Notes under the pieces: generated by a model
What the model was told of the DNA's origin: nothing
Seen by the model: the letters and a program-made list of their open reading frames with translations, nothing else
Database searches by the model: none
Part shown: in pieces, positions 25,292 to 34,871 of the stretch
How the letters are laid out: every line of letters starts with the position of its first letter
Numbering within the stretch: the stretch's first letter is position 1
Position numbers and translations under genes: made by a program
Source: an uncultured Pseudomonadales bacterium
GTDB lineage: Bacteria > Patescibacteriota > Microgenomatia > UBA1400 > PJMF01
DNA length: 64,000 bases
Reading direction: 5' to 3'
Assembly: GCA_964511345.1 (NCBI GenBank)
Contig: CAZEEV010000002.1
Location: 66,770-130,769 of the forward strand

Positions 25292-28200
25292 ATGGCAGGT
25301 GAATTTGTTAAAGATAGTCTTGAAAATTTGATTAATTCTATATCAGTAAAATCGTCTGGTTCTTTTGATGATATCAGATATGGAAATTTAGAACCAAGTA
25401 AAGATTCTTTGACAAAGTTAACTGATAAAGATAGAAATGTTGTAGATATTATAAAAAACACTGAGCTAATTGGAATATTCAAGAAAATAAATGCTCTGGA
25501 CAACGTAATTGACGCTTTTCAAAAACAAACTACGGCTGAAGGAATTGTCAATAATCTCTTTGACATAATAAGCGATCTAAACACAGACCTCTTAATGGCG
25601 GATGAAGCCTCTCCTGAGTACCAAAATATTTTGCAATCTTTGGCAGTGGCTTTTTACATGTACGAACAAGTTTTATACCCAGTAGTCAAAGAGGTTGTGG
25701 AGAATAATGTATCCACCAATGACGAAGAGCAATCCACTAGTGAGTGGATTGCTGACAAAACAAGTGAAATCGAAGATTTAAAAATTAGGATCGAAACACA
25801 ACTCTTTTTAGAAGGTATTTCTAAAACAGAAAGACATAGCAAAGATAAATTTATAGAATCTGAGTTTAATAATGGAATAAAAAATATATTAATAGATTTG
25901 GAAAAAAGAAAAAGAAGCTTGTCAGGTGACGCGCAAGAATTGGACAATTTTAAAATTTTTATTTCTGCCGAAAGAAAAAAATTTTTCACTGAATGGAATG
26001 TGTCACCTGACGAAAATGAAGAGACTTTAAATGTTTCAAAGATGACCCTCCGCGAAATTGCTGATTACGTATTGAGAAAAGAATTGCCTTTTTGGACTGG
26101 CGAACATGATAACTGGACAGATGAAAATGATAGAAAAGTTGTTGATGCTCTCATTCAAAGATTATGGAAGGATAATCATAAAATTGTTGGTTTAACCAAT
26201 GATTTTATTCCTGATCCATCAAATGAAAAAGTTCCAGATCCAAAAGAAAATGGACTTAGATTTAGTGATCTTGAATTTAGGGAAATAGTTAGCGACCTAC
26301 AAATTCTTGGGCTGTTTGGAATAATGAATGTTAAAGGTAAAGAGAGAAAAGATGATGGCGCTGCTGAGGGTTTGTTACCAGAATTAGAAGCTTGTCTTTC
26401 TAAATTACAAATGAATAATAAAGAATTATTGAATTTAACAACCTTTGCTCATCCAAGAACGGGTATGATTTTATATGAGTTTCTTAGGAGGATGAAAGAT
26501 CAGGGAGCTCTAAGAAAAGGAGAAATTCCAAAATTAAAACGAGGAGAAGTACCAACTGGTTTTGGTCGAGCTCCTATGAACGACAGGTTGGTTATGAGAA
26601 ATGGGCAAAAAGTTTTGCTTTTTGGAGACAGATTTATCAAAGAACTGAAAGAAAATGGTGAAGGTATGGATGATAAATTTTATGAGGGTACCCCTCTTGA
26701 GAGTGGAGATGTTTTAATTTTGGATTATTCTGGAACAGAAGTTGATCCTGAAACTAGAATGCCAGACGGCAAAATAAGAAAACCAGATGGTTCTGAGTGG
26801 AAGGAAATAAACGACAGAGTTGTAAAGAGAGATAACAAAGATACATTGCTAGTAGGAGATAGGCTGGTCAAAATAGTTAATGGTAAGGGTGTTGAGATTG
26901 GCAAAAAATGGTACGATTACGAACCTAAAGATACAACAGATATGCCTCTTTATGAATTTGACGAACGCTTCTGTTATGAAACTTTGGCTGCTGACTCTGG
27001 AAAAGCAAGGCTGAGGCTTTATGCCGCCGATCTAGCCTCAAAACTAGAGGATCAAAGATTGGAAATCAAAGCCGCTGAAATAGCAGGAGAAGAGCCTGAT
27101 CAGAGCAGAATTCATTTTAAAGAGTTAATTGGTTATCAGTTGCCCGATCCAAACGACAAACAATTTGGTGAAAGAGATGTTGAAAGACTAAAGATGTATT
27201 CTAGGTATCTGTTCTTTTCTTTTCCATTTTTAACAAATATCTTAGCTATGAGACAAGAGAGAACGTGCACGCCTGCTCATGGCTTTGCCAATAAAGACAT
27301 TCAATTCACCTGGATATTTGACATACTTGGTTTTATTGTTCATAAATCTCAAAGATATGGCAACTCTGACACTGCTTTTTACTACCTATTGAAGTTTTTT
27401 CCACCACTTCAAGAGGGGCACTATGGTGCTGGAGGTGATGTTAGAAGGTTGAACCAAATTAGAGATCTAATAATAAAGTATGATAAGATTTTCGACGATA
27501 GAGCTGGCGAAAGTTTGTTTCCAAAACTCCCTTACGGATCCTCATATTTTCATACAGCTTTGAGCATGTTGGCAATGGCTCCTGGAGAGCACACCAGATT
27601 AATGGGAAAAGCTAAATTAGCTGATGGTCGTATATTAGAAGGAACACAAGAAAAGCCAGTATTGCTGGCTCTAGGAGGTGAAGAGAAAAAAAATGAGAAA
27701 TTTAAAAGTCCTTATAACTTTTCAAATATTTATACCTCTATTAGAGCGTGGGATAAATTTATAACTGATATAGCTAAAGATCTTCCTCCCAAATTAAACA
27801 TACAAGACATTGCTGGGGGAGGTGGTAAAGAAAAATCTTTAATTAGTCAAAGATATGGCGATGATGTTGGTCAAGCAAAAATGAGCAGTACTAAGACTTT
27901 AGAAAAAGATAAAGATCCTAATTTAGCCGATTTTGATCATTTGACTATGTCAGCAGTATTCATGTGGGATACTGTAAAGAGATTGTTTCGTCAATTTCAA
28001 TCAAATAGTGTAGAAGTGAGAAAAAATCTTTATAAAGAAATGGAAAAAGGATTTATAGAAACAGCATCTAGAGGAGGGTTGTCGGAGGGATCGGCTGCAA
28101 CAGTTTTAAAATATGTTTTAGCACGGATGTCTAGCCCTGATAAAAATGGTAAATTTTATGCTAAAGATAGGTCATTCGCAGGAATGAATCCGTGTTTAGA

Positions 28201-28519
28201 TGCACTTGAACCGACTGTAAAAAGTATAAATGCTCAACGAGTCTTTGAATACGTAGAAGCTCTTTGGAACTATCAACACTCTGATGTCAATGGCAATGTA
28301 GTAAAACTTTTCCCTTTTAAATTGGCTAATGCTGGAAGTCTTGGGTCAGGCATATTAAATAGACCTCTTATTAATGTAAGACAGGCTCTAAATGCAGATC
28401 CAGATATTACAAAATATCAAGGCTATCTTCTTGGCTACGAAGAAATTAATGGTAAGAGAAGGCGTGTTGAACTGCCTGAGCCTATAAAAAGAATTAATCT
28501 AGAAAAACACGACGACTAG
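25292..28519 (+). CDS. Large hypothetical soluble protein (about 1075 aa)
   Basis: Long uninterrupted ORF with no motif I recognise. TAAAAT lies 7 nt before ATG 25292 (ORF-track start 25250). Confidence 0.8.
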   Translation: MAGEFVKDSLENLINSISVKSSGSFDDIRYGNLEPSKDSLTKLTDKDRNVVDIIKNTELIGIFKKINALDNVIDAFQKQTTAEGIVNNLFDIISDLNTDLLMADEASPEYQNILQSLAVAFYMYEQVLYPVVKEVVENNVSTNDEEQSTSEWIADKTSEIEDLKIRIETQLFLEGISKTERHSKDKFIESEFNNGIKNILIDLEKRKRSLSGDAQELDNFKIFISAERKKFFTEWNVSPDENEETLNVSKMTLREIADYVLRKELPFWTGEHDNWTDENDRKVVDALIQRLWKDNHKIVGLTNDFIPDPSNEKVPDPKENGLRFSDLEFREIVSDLQILGLFGIMNVKGKERKDDGAAEGLLPELEACLSKLQMNNKELLNLTTFAHPRTGMILYEFLRRMKDQGALRKGEIPKLKRGEVPTGFGRAPMNDRLVMRNGQKVLLFGDRFIKELKENGEGMDDKFYEGTPLESGDVLILDYSGTEVDPETRMPDGKIRKPDGSEWKEINDRVVKRDNKDTLLVGDRLVKIVNGKGVEIGKKWYDYEPKDTTDMPLYEFDERFCYETLAADSGKARLRLYAADLASKLEDQRLEIKAAEIAGEEPDQSRIHFKELIGYQLPDPNDKQFGERDVERLKMYSRYLFFSFPFLTNILAMRQERTCTPAHGFANKDIQFTWIFDILGFIVHKSQRYGNSDTAFYYLLKFFPPLQEGHYGAGGDVRRLNQIRDLIIKYDKIFDDRAGESLFPKLPYGSSYFHTALSMLAMAPGEHTRLMGKAKLADGRILEGTQEKPVLLALGGEEKKNEKFKSPYNFSNIYTSIRAWDKFITDIAKDLPPKLNIQDIAGGGGKEKSLISQRYGDDVGQAKMSSTKTLEKDKDPNLADFDHLTMSAVFMWDTVKRLFRQFQSNSVEVRKNLYKEMEKGFIETASRGGLSEGSAATVLKYVLARMSSPDKNGKFYAKDRSFAGMNPCLDALEPTVKSINAQRVFEYVEALWNYQHSDVNGNVVKLFPFKLANAGSLGSGILNRPLINVRQALNADPDITKYQGYLLGYEEINGKRRRVELPEPIKRINLEKHDD

Positions 28520-28520
28520 T

Positions 28521-30203
28521 TTATGATTTTTCTTTAGGTGGGCTAGTTCCTCCATTTTTATTGACATATTTTCCTATCATGGCTCCAAGATCTTCTGCTT
28601 CAAAACCTCTTCCTTCTAGCACTTTATTTACCTGCACCCTTATGTTCTTTCCTCTTTCAAATCCGCTAGAAAGTCCACCTTGAGTATCTTCAGTTGCTTT
28701 GCCAGTAACACCGCCATATGACTTAATTATTTTATTATTATCATCTCTTCGATCATATCCTCCAAAGAAGGCACCCACCCTCTCTCTTAAGGTAGCATTT
28801 TTAAAGTCTTTTCCATAGGCCGCTCCAGCTCTAATTCCTCCAACTAAACCCTCTACTCCAGACGTTATAGCTGGCGCAGCTATTGTGCTTTCTTTGATTC
28901 TACCTACTGCATCTTTAGCTAACTGTCCAAACACTCCATCTTCGACACCCATGGCTTTTTTGGCCTGTTGTAAAATTTCTGGAATCACTAACAATATGCC
29001 AATACCAAGAATGACAGGAATAATTTCTCCTTGTCCCTGACCAACTAAGAATGGAGGCATAAAACCTCCGCCAAAACTGCTGCTGATTTCTCCAGTGCCC
29101 ATCATGGCGCGCATGGGGGCAGTTAGCATTCTTTGTACCAAAATACACAGTAACACTATTGGCCAGAGGATCAGATTGCCGGCTAGATTTTTAATCCATT
29201 TAACAAAGGAGTTTTTACCAGGAAAAGCTCCAAGCATTAAAATAATAGGTGAGAAAATAATTTGAATTAAAACTGACACATAGCTTTTAACTAACTCAAA
29301 GAAAATCTTGAAGGTAGCAAAAAGAATTGCTAAGCCAACAATCATGGTAGCAACCAAGCTAGATAGCCAGGTAAGAGCCTGACCTACAAAACTAATATTC
29401 AGAGCATCATCCATAAAAGATTTAATAGCCATTTGCGTCCCGCTTGTGCCACTAAAAATCAAACCAATTAAGCCAAAGATGTTGCGGGTAATAATGTCCG
29501 AGCCTTCATTAAAATACCCAGCAACGACATACATAATTACATACATGAGATCGATCATGAAACCAGCAATGGCGTAAGAAAAAGTTACTGCTAACATGGC
29601 AACAATAACACTTGGAATAGCTTGCTGAGCGGTAATGGCTGCCTGGCCAACCTTGGTTCTAAACATAATCATAAAACCAATAATCAAGAAGATAACGACA
29701 AAAAATAAATAGGCTAAATTACGAAAGGCTTTCCAAGTTTCTAGAATTGGATCCAGAGCGGAAAAACCAAGACCCTGGGCTTGAGCTTCTGGAACAATTT
29801 TGGCAGATTCCATCAAATCGGCAACATAAGTACGGGCGCTGGCAGGTGGAGTGTAAAGTGCAACGATACCACTATTAATATCTCCTAAGACGCCATAACC
29901 AATTTCTTTTTCCAAAATCTTTCTGTCTGATTCAGAAAGATCAGCGCTTTGTGGGATGGATGACATGCCGATAGTGTGTAAATTAATATTAGTGATGATA
30001 TTAGAAAAGCCCTCAGCATCAAACTTTTCTTTATCAGCGCTACTGCTACCAAAAGATTGGACGCTTTTAGCCGTTGAATCGTTAGTGAAAATTCCTCTCA
30101 ACCAATCGCCAATAGATGCTTGAGCTGGCTTAGCTGACATCAAGAAACAGGAAAAGACAAAGAAAACAATTAACAATAGGCGAGAGGTTTTTATCTGCGT
30201 CAT
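28521..30203 (-). CDS. Polytopic membrane protein, VirB6/TrbL-like
   Basis: Signal peptide, WKAFRNLAY...GFMIMFR, 6-7 TMs, Gly-rich C-tail. ATG 30203 preferred because the upstream extension overlaps the divergent gene. Confidence 0.65.
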   Translation of the reverse strand: MTQIKTSRLLLIVFFVFSCFLMSAKPAQASIGDWLRGIFTNDSTAKSVQSFGSSSADKEKFDAEGFSNIITNINLHTIGMSSIPQSADLSESDRKILEKEIGYGVLGDINSGIVALYTPPASARTYVADLMESAKIVPEAQAQGLGFSALDPILETWKAFRNLAYLFFVVIFLIIGFMIMFRTKVGQAAITAQQAIPSVIVAMLAVTFSYAIAGFMIDLMYVIMYVVAGYFNEGSDIITRNIFGLIGLIFSGTSGTQMAIKSFMDDALNISFVGQALTWLSSLVATMIVGLAILFATFKIFFELVKSYVSVLIQIIFSPIILMLGAFPGKNSFVKWIKNLAGNLILWPIVLLCILVQRMLTAPMRAMMGTGEISSSFGGGFMPPFLVGQGQGEIIPVILGIGILLVIPEILQQAKKAMGVEDGVFGQLAKDAVGRIKESTIAAPAITSGVEGLVGGIRAGAAYGKDFKNATLRERVGAFFGGYDRRDDNNKIIKSYGGVTGKATEDTQGGLSSGFERGKNIRVQVNKVLEGRGFEAEDLGAMIGKYVNKNGGTSPPKEKS

Positions 30204-30301
30204 AAGACAAGTATATTTTAGATGAAGAGCGGAAAAACTGCAAAGGTAAACTTGATAATTTAACTTGACAACTGGCTTAAAAACATTTAAAACAATCATA
30301 A

Positions 30302-31105
30302 ATGATCGATCAAGCACAAACTGATAAATTCAAGAACATTTTAGAGCTTAGTCAAAATATTTTAGTCATTTTTCCAGAAAGCAAAGATCTTGATTTGTTT
30401 TTAGCCAGTTATTGTTTTTATGCTTTTTTGAACACTAAAAAAGGCGTGCGCTTGTTAACTCCAAAGTTAATTCAGCCGATTCCTCGTAATTTAACCAATC
30501 TCATCGCTATTAAACAAATCGAAACTGAACTTGGCAAAGAAAATTTAATTGTTAGTTTCCCTTATCAGGAAAATCAAGTTGATAAGGTTTCTTATTATAT
30601 TGGTGAAAATGATAAGCGTTTTTATTTAACCATCAAACCTAAAAAAGGATCCACACCGCTTACTAGTTCTCAGGTGGAATTTTCTTATGCCGGTACTCAG
30701 GCAGACTTATTGATTTTATGTGGAGTAGAAGAGTTAGAGAGTTTACAGCAATTATATTTTGCCTACGAAAACTTATATAAGGGAACTGATAATCATTTGG
30801 TCAGTATCAATGATTTTATTCCCGATTTTGGCAAGCTTAATTTGGATATTTCTCCCAGTAGTTCTTATTGTGAAGCTTTGTTTTATTTACTGCAGGATTT
30901 GGATTCGGAAAGCGAAGAAATATTGTCTCAGAATTATTTGTCCACCTTATTACTTTATGGGATAGAGTTCAAAACCAAAGGTTTGCAATCCCCTGAAACT
31001 AGTATTAGCACATTTTTAGCTGTAGCTTCTTTATTGAAATTGGGAGCGCAACGACTCTTCCAGAGAACCCCTAAAACTAAAGTCCGGCCTCGTTCAACAA
31101 AATAG
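30302..31105 (+). CDS. Degenerate DHH-family phosphoesterase-like protein
   Basis: SQNILVIFP..DLD, ADLLILCGV, SINDF in place of IDHH, FGKLNL, SSSYCE. Confidence 0.6.
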   Translation: MIDQAQTDKFKNILELSQNILVIFPESKDLDLFLASYCFYAFLNTKKGVRLLTPKLIQPIPRNLTNLIAIKQIETELGKENLIVSFPYQENQVDKVSYYIGENDKRFYLTIKPKKGSTPLTSSQVEFSYAGTQADLLILCGVEELESLQQLYFAYENLYKGTDNHLVSINDFIPDFGKLNLDISPSSSYCEALFYLLQDLDSESEEILSQNYLSTLLLYGIEFKTKGLQSPETSISTFLAVASLLKLGAQRLFQRTPKTKVRPRSTK

Positions 31106-33938
31106 CAGTGGCAAGTGCGCCGGGTCTTTGCCATGCTGGGTACTTATTGCCATTGCTTAAACTCTGACAGTTGCTTGAGTTAGCAAAGCAATATTGTTTT
31201 GCTTGGTCAATTAGTTCTTCTTTGGTGGCATCATCGACTTGTTTTTCGTCAAGACTGCTGCGCAGTTCAGAAATTACAGCATCAGTTGGATTAACTTCAC
31301 AATTAAATTCTACGTAATCTACACAGAAAATTAAATCCATGTCAGTGTGGCGCTCATCAATCCAAGCCATAGGGTAAGGATGGTCTTCTGAACTAAACTT
31401 TGAAGGACATTTGCCATTATTGGCCCAGCGAGTGTCTTTATCACAATTTTGGTTACCAGTGCCATTGTAGGCACCAATAGCTGTGACTAATGCCTCATAC
31501 TCAATGTTATTACGATCAAAATTACCGCCAAATTTATCAATCAAATGTTGCATGGCGGCTTTGGCGTCTTCTTTTAAGGAGCCATTCCTAATTTCACCGC
31601 CATCAAAGACCGAACGGGTAGGACTTGATCCAGCTTCATTCCAATGAATGCCAGCTACGATTTCACAAGGAATGCCAGTTTCTTTTTCAGCGTATTCGTA
31701 AGCCTCCATCACTTCCGCAGTCATGCCTGGGGCGATGTCTGCCACAAAATAATCTTTGGCAAATTGTGGAATTTGTGTTGCACTTGGTATATTTTTAATA
31801 TTCTTAAAAGCTTCGCCTGTGCAGGCCGCTAGAGTAGAGCTACCTTGTGGGCGGCCGCTGCAGCGCCCTAAGAACATATCTTCCACCCTGGTACATGAAG
31901 CAATGTAGTTATAGGTTTGGTTGTAAGAGTTACGTAATTTTTGTTGGATTTTGCGTATTAAAAATCCCAGACCAAAGTCTGGAAGTAAGACGTTGTTTTC
32001 TGGTTCTTCTAGGTTAACACCAACAGTGTAATTTTTACAGACACGGACATTTTCTACATATGGCACGCCTTTGGAGTCATATTTGATCACTTCTTCATAG
32101 CGACACTCATCAAGTGGGCTAATAGAATCAGAACCATCAATACCTACTTCAGCATTTTTGATGGTGTAATACTTAGGAATAACTCCTGCCTTATTGTCCA
32201 TGTCCTCAATAACATTAGTGCGAACAGTATTAAAAAACTCTTCTTCATTCCAAAAAATACTCAGAGCTTTGTTAGCATCTTTAATGGCTTCACCTACTGG
32301 TAAAACAAGGTAGGCGTTAACAATGACTTGTTCATCTAATTTTGGTGGATTGCTATCGATTACTAATTGCCAGTTAAAGGCATTTACATCTTGAGAAAGT
32401 AATTGATCAGCGATTTTTTGATTATTTTGATTTTTATAATTGTAATCTTTGATATCTTTAGAAGCCGGAGTGAAAAGATCGCCAGCTTTTTCAAAATTAA
32501 CATCCTCTTGATTGAAAATGTCTTCAATATTGGCACTTGCAGTGGCGCTAACTGTTGAACCAGCATTTGAGTCACTCTCTTCTTCAACGATCCTCAAAGT
32601 AGTGTTTTGACAATTAGGAGCTGTGCCATTGATAACGTCGATTAGAACATTATTAAGAGCATTTTGGTCGCTTCTGCTACATTGCGGATAAGAAGCGGGA
32701 CATTTAATCAGTGAATCACTTGAATATGGAGCTTCTTTGGCTGATTCATAGACTGCAATTCTTTTCTTATCCTGATTTTCAATGTCTAATTGATTTTGCT
32801 CGCTAGATTGCAAAGCCATTTTAACTATTTCTAAGGTGTCTATATTGCCAGCGAGTTTAGATTTGTTAGTACCAAATTCTGGAATTTTAAAAGCAATAAT
32901 AATTGGGGCATGTACATCATCATTCACTTGGGGACTAGACTGCAAAAAATGAAAGTTGTCATTGCTTTCATTTTTGTTTTGCTTTGGAACTAAAACCAAA
33001 AAAGCTAGTCGATATAATGAGTCTAGATCAATACTAACAGCTCTAATAGCTTCTCGAGCTTTGGCAATTTCATCTATACTCGCTGACAAGGCCGGTTGAT
33101 TTTGATTTTCCTCATCGCCACCACTAAATAAATCAGAGCACACCTGAGGATATAATTCTTCCTCACTGGTTTGAGGACGAAGATTTTTGAGCCAATCTAA
33201 TAAAGTTTGACTGTTAAAAGCTACGTTCAATCGATGCTCTTCAGCTGATAAAGTTTCTGACTCACTAATTGCTCGACTATTTCCTGCTGCATCCACGGCA
33301 ATTGGGAAATCAAATTCTTTATCTAATATGCACTTATCATTTGCGACTTGCGCACAAATTTTTGTTATGGCTGCTAAGTTTTGAGTTTTAGCCAAACATT
33401 GCTGATAAGAAGAAAGCAATCTCTGGCTAATTCCTGAAGCATTAAGCATGTATTGATCTCCAACAGTTTGAAAATCAGCGCCAAACATACCTTCAAAAGA
33501 ACTATTTTTCAAAGTTTCAGTTTTTGGCTCTAAACCTCTAAAAAGAGGAATACGTGCCTTGGAAAAATCAACTACATAATCATTTGCGCCACCAAAAATA
33601 GTTGGATTGAGTCCTTGATAAAAACTTTCTTCAGGTGGGACGCTGCTGCTAAAAAATTTATCAATATCACCCCAGATTTTCTTATCAATGACCCATTGCG
33701 CGCCTCCACAGTGAGCCTCGTAACCCTGATCTTTGACCATAGTGGAGAGTAAATCTTCATAAGCTAAGCCCAAGCTTGATGAAGAAATAAACATCGGCAT
33801 AAGAGTGTAGTTGGTGCTCTCATCAGTAACTTGAGTTTCACTACTTTGGGCAAAAACTAAATTTGAAAAATTACAAAAAAACAGCAGATTAGCAAAGAGC
33901 ACGCCGGCAATTATTTTTTTACACAAACGACTTAGCAC
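31077..33938 (-). CDS. Secreted protein with a C-terminal lysozyme-like/lytic transglycosylase domain
   Basis: Signal peptide; AEKETGIPCEIVAGIHWNEAG (catalytic Glu position) and AIGAYNG motifs; many Cys. Confidence 0.65.
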   Translation of the reverse strand: MLSRLCKKIIAGVLFANLLFFCNFSNLVFAQSSETQVTDESTNYTLMPMFISSSSLGLAYEDLLSTMVKDQGYEAHCGGAQWVIDKKIWGDIDKFFSSSVPPEESFYQGLNPTIFGGANDYVVDFSKARIPLFRGLEPKTETLKNSSFEGMFGADFQTVGDQYMLNASGISQRLLSSYQQCLAKTQNLAAITKICAQVANDKCILDKEFDFPIAVDAAGNSRAISESETLSAEEHRLNVAFNSQTLLDWLKNLRPQTSEEELYPQVCSDLFSGGDEENQNQPALSASIDEIAKAREAIRAVSIDLDSLYRLAFLVLVPKQNKNESNDNFHFLQSSPQVNDDVHAPIIIAFKIPEFGTNKSKLAGNIDTLEIVKMALQSSEQNQLDIENQDKKRIAVYESAKEAPYSSDSLIKCPASYPQCSRSDQNALNNVLIDVINGTAPNCQNTTLRIVEEESDSNAGSTVSATASANIEDIFNQEDVNFEKAGDLFTPASKDIKDYNYKNQNNQKIADQLLSQDVNAFNWQLVIDSNPPKLDEQVIVNAYLVLPVGEAIKDANKALSIFWNEEEFFNTVRTNVIEDMDNKAGVIPKYYTIKNAEVGIDGSDSISPLDECRYEEVIKYDSKGVPYVENVRVCKNYTVGVNLEEPENNVLLPDFGLGFLIRKIQQKLRNSYNQTYNYIASCTRVEDMFLGRCSGRPQGSSTLAACTGEAFKNIKNIPSATQIPQFAKDYFVADIAPGMTAEVMEAYEYAEKETGIPCEIVAGIHWNEAGSSPTRSVFDGGEIRNGSLKEDAKAAMQHLIDKFGGNFDRNNIEYEALVTAIGAYNGTGNQNCDKDTRWANNGKCPSKFSSEDHPYPMAWIDERHTDMDLIFCVDYVEFNCEVNPTDAVISELRSSLDEKQVDDATKEELIDQAKQYCFANSSNCQSLSNGNKYPAWQRPGALATAILLNEAGL

Positions 33939-33965
33939 GCTTTGATTATACTAAGGATCATCATC

Positions 33966-34871
33966 CTAGGAAAGAATGCGAATCCCAAAGATGATTTCTA
34001 GCAATTGCGCAATCCAATAAGCGGCAAATAACAAAATAAAACCGATAATAGCTGAGGTAATTTTTTGCTTACCTTCTTCAAGAGACTTAGAATTATTAGC
34101 TCCAGCAAGCATTTGAAAACCACCCAGTAGCAGAACAACAAAGAGAATTATGCCAGCAATGGGGAAAACAAAACTTTTTAGTGCTTTGGAAATGATTCCT
34201 CCTGGAGTGGAGAGACTGGCGTCACCACTAGCGATTTTAAGAGGATTTAAACGGTCTAAAGTTCCTTGATCAACTTCGATATCATTAACAGCTGAATCAG
34301 TATTTCTACATTTGCCATCGCGTAACCAACCACAGCAGGTTTTACCCGCATTTTCTCCCTCAGTGATTGGGGTTCTGCCACTACCTCCTCCACAAATACA
34401 CTGTTGGTCAGAATTAGGATCGTAAACATCTCCACAATAAACATCATTGGCGCCTGGAGGAGCGGTTAAACATTGAGTGAAATCGTCATTGGTAAATCCG
34501 CAACAAAGTCCCCTTTTACTGGTCCATTGGTTAATCCAATATGACTCAAGTTGGCCTCCTTCGCAGTTACAAGTAAATCCTCTTGGATTAGATTTATCTG
34601 CCGATCCCAATGTTTGTCCACAACTCAGTTCTTTTTCTAAAACCAGGCATTGATCATTTTCAACAAATCCACAACAATAGGCATATGATAGTCCAACACT
34701 ACCTACTTTCTCAAGGTGATTGTTATTTCTATCACACTGACATAAGGTTTCTTCGTCTACGTCTTCAAATCCACCAGAGTACCATTCTCCACAGCCAATT
34801 GCTTTCACAGTATTTATCGACAAAACTATGAAAATTATTTGCAATAATAAAGTTTGAACAATTTTTTTCAT
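33966..34871 (-). CDS. VirB2-like pilin fused to three Cys-rich repeats
   Basis: Signal peptide, three CG..CxC..CCG..C units, then C-terminal GGFQMLAGANNSKSLEEGKQKITSAIIGF pilin domain. Confidence 0.75.
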   Translation of the reverse strand: MKKIVQTLLLQIIFIVLSINTVKAIGCGEWYSGGFEDVDEETLCQCDRNNNHLEKVGSVGLSYAYCCGFVENDQCLVLEKELSCGQTLGSADKSNPRGFTCNCEGGQLESYWINQWTSKRGLCCGFTNDDFTQCLTAPPGANDVYCGDVYDPNSDQQCICGGGSGRTPITEGENAGKTCCGWLRDGKCRNTDSAVNDIEVDQGTLDRLNPLKIASGDASLSTPGGIISKALKSFVFPIAGIILFVVLLLGGFQMLAGANNSKSLEEGKQKITSAIIGFILLFAAYWIAQLLEIIFGIRILS

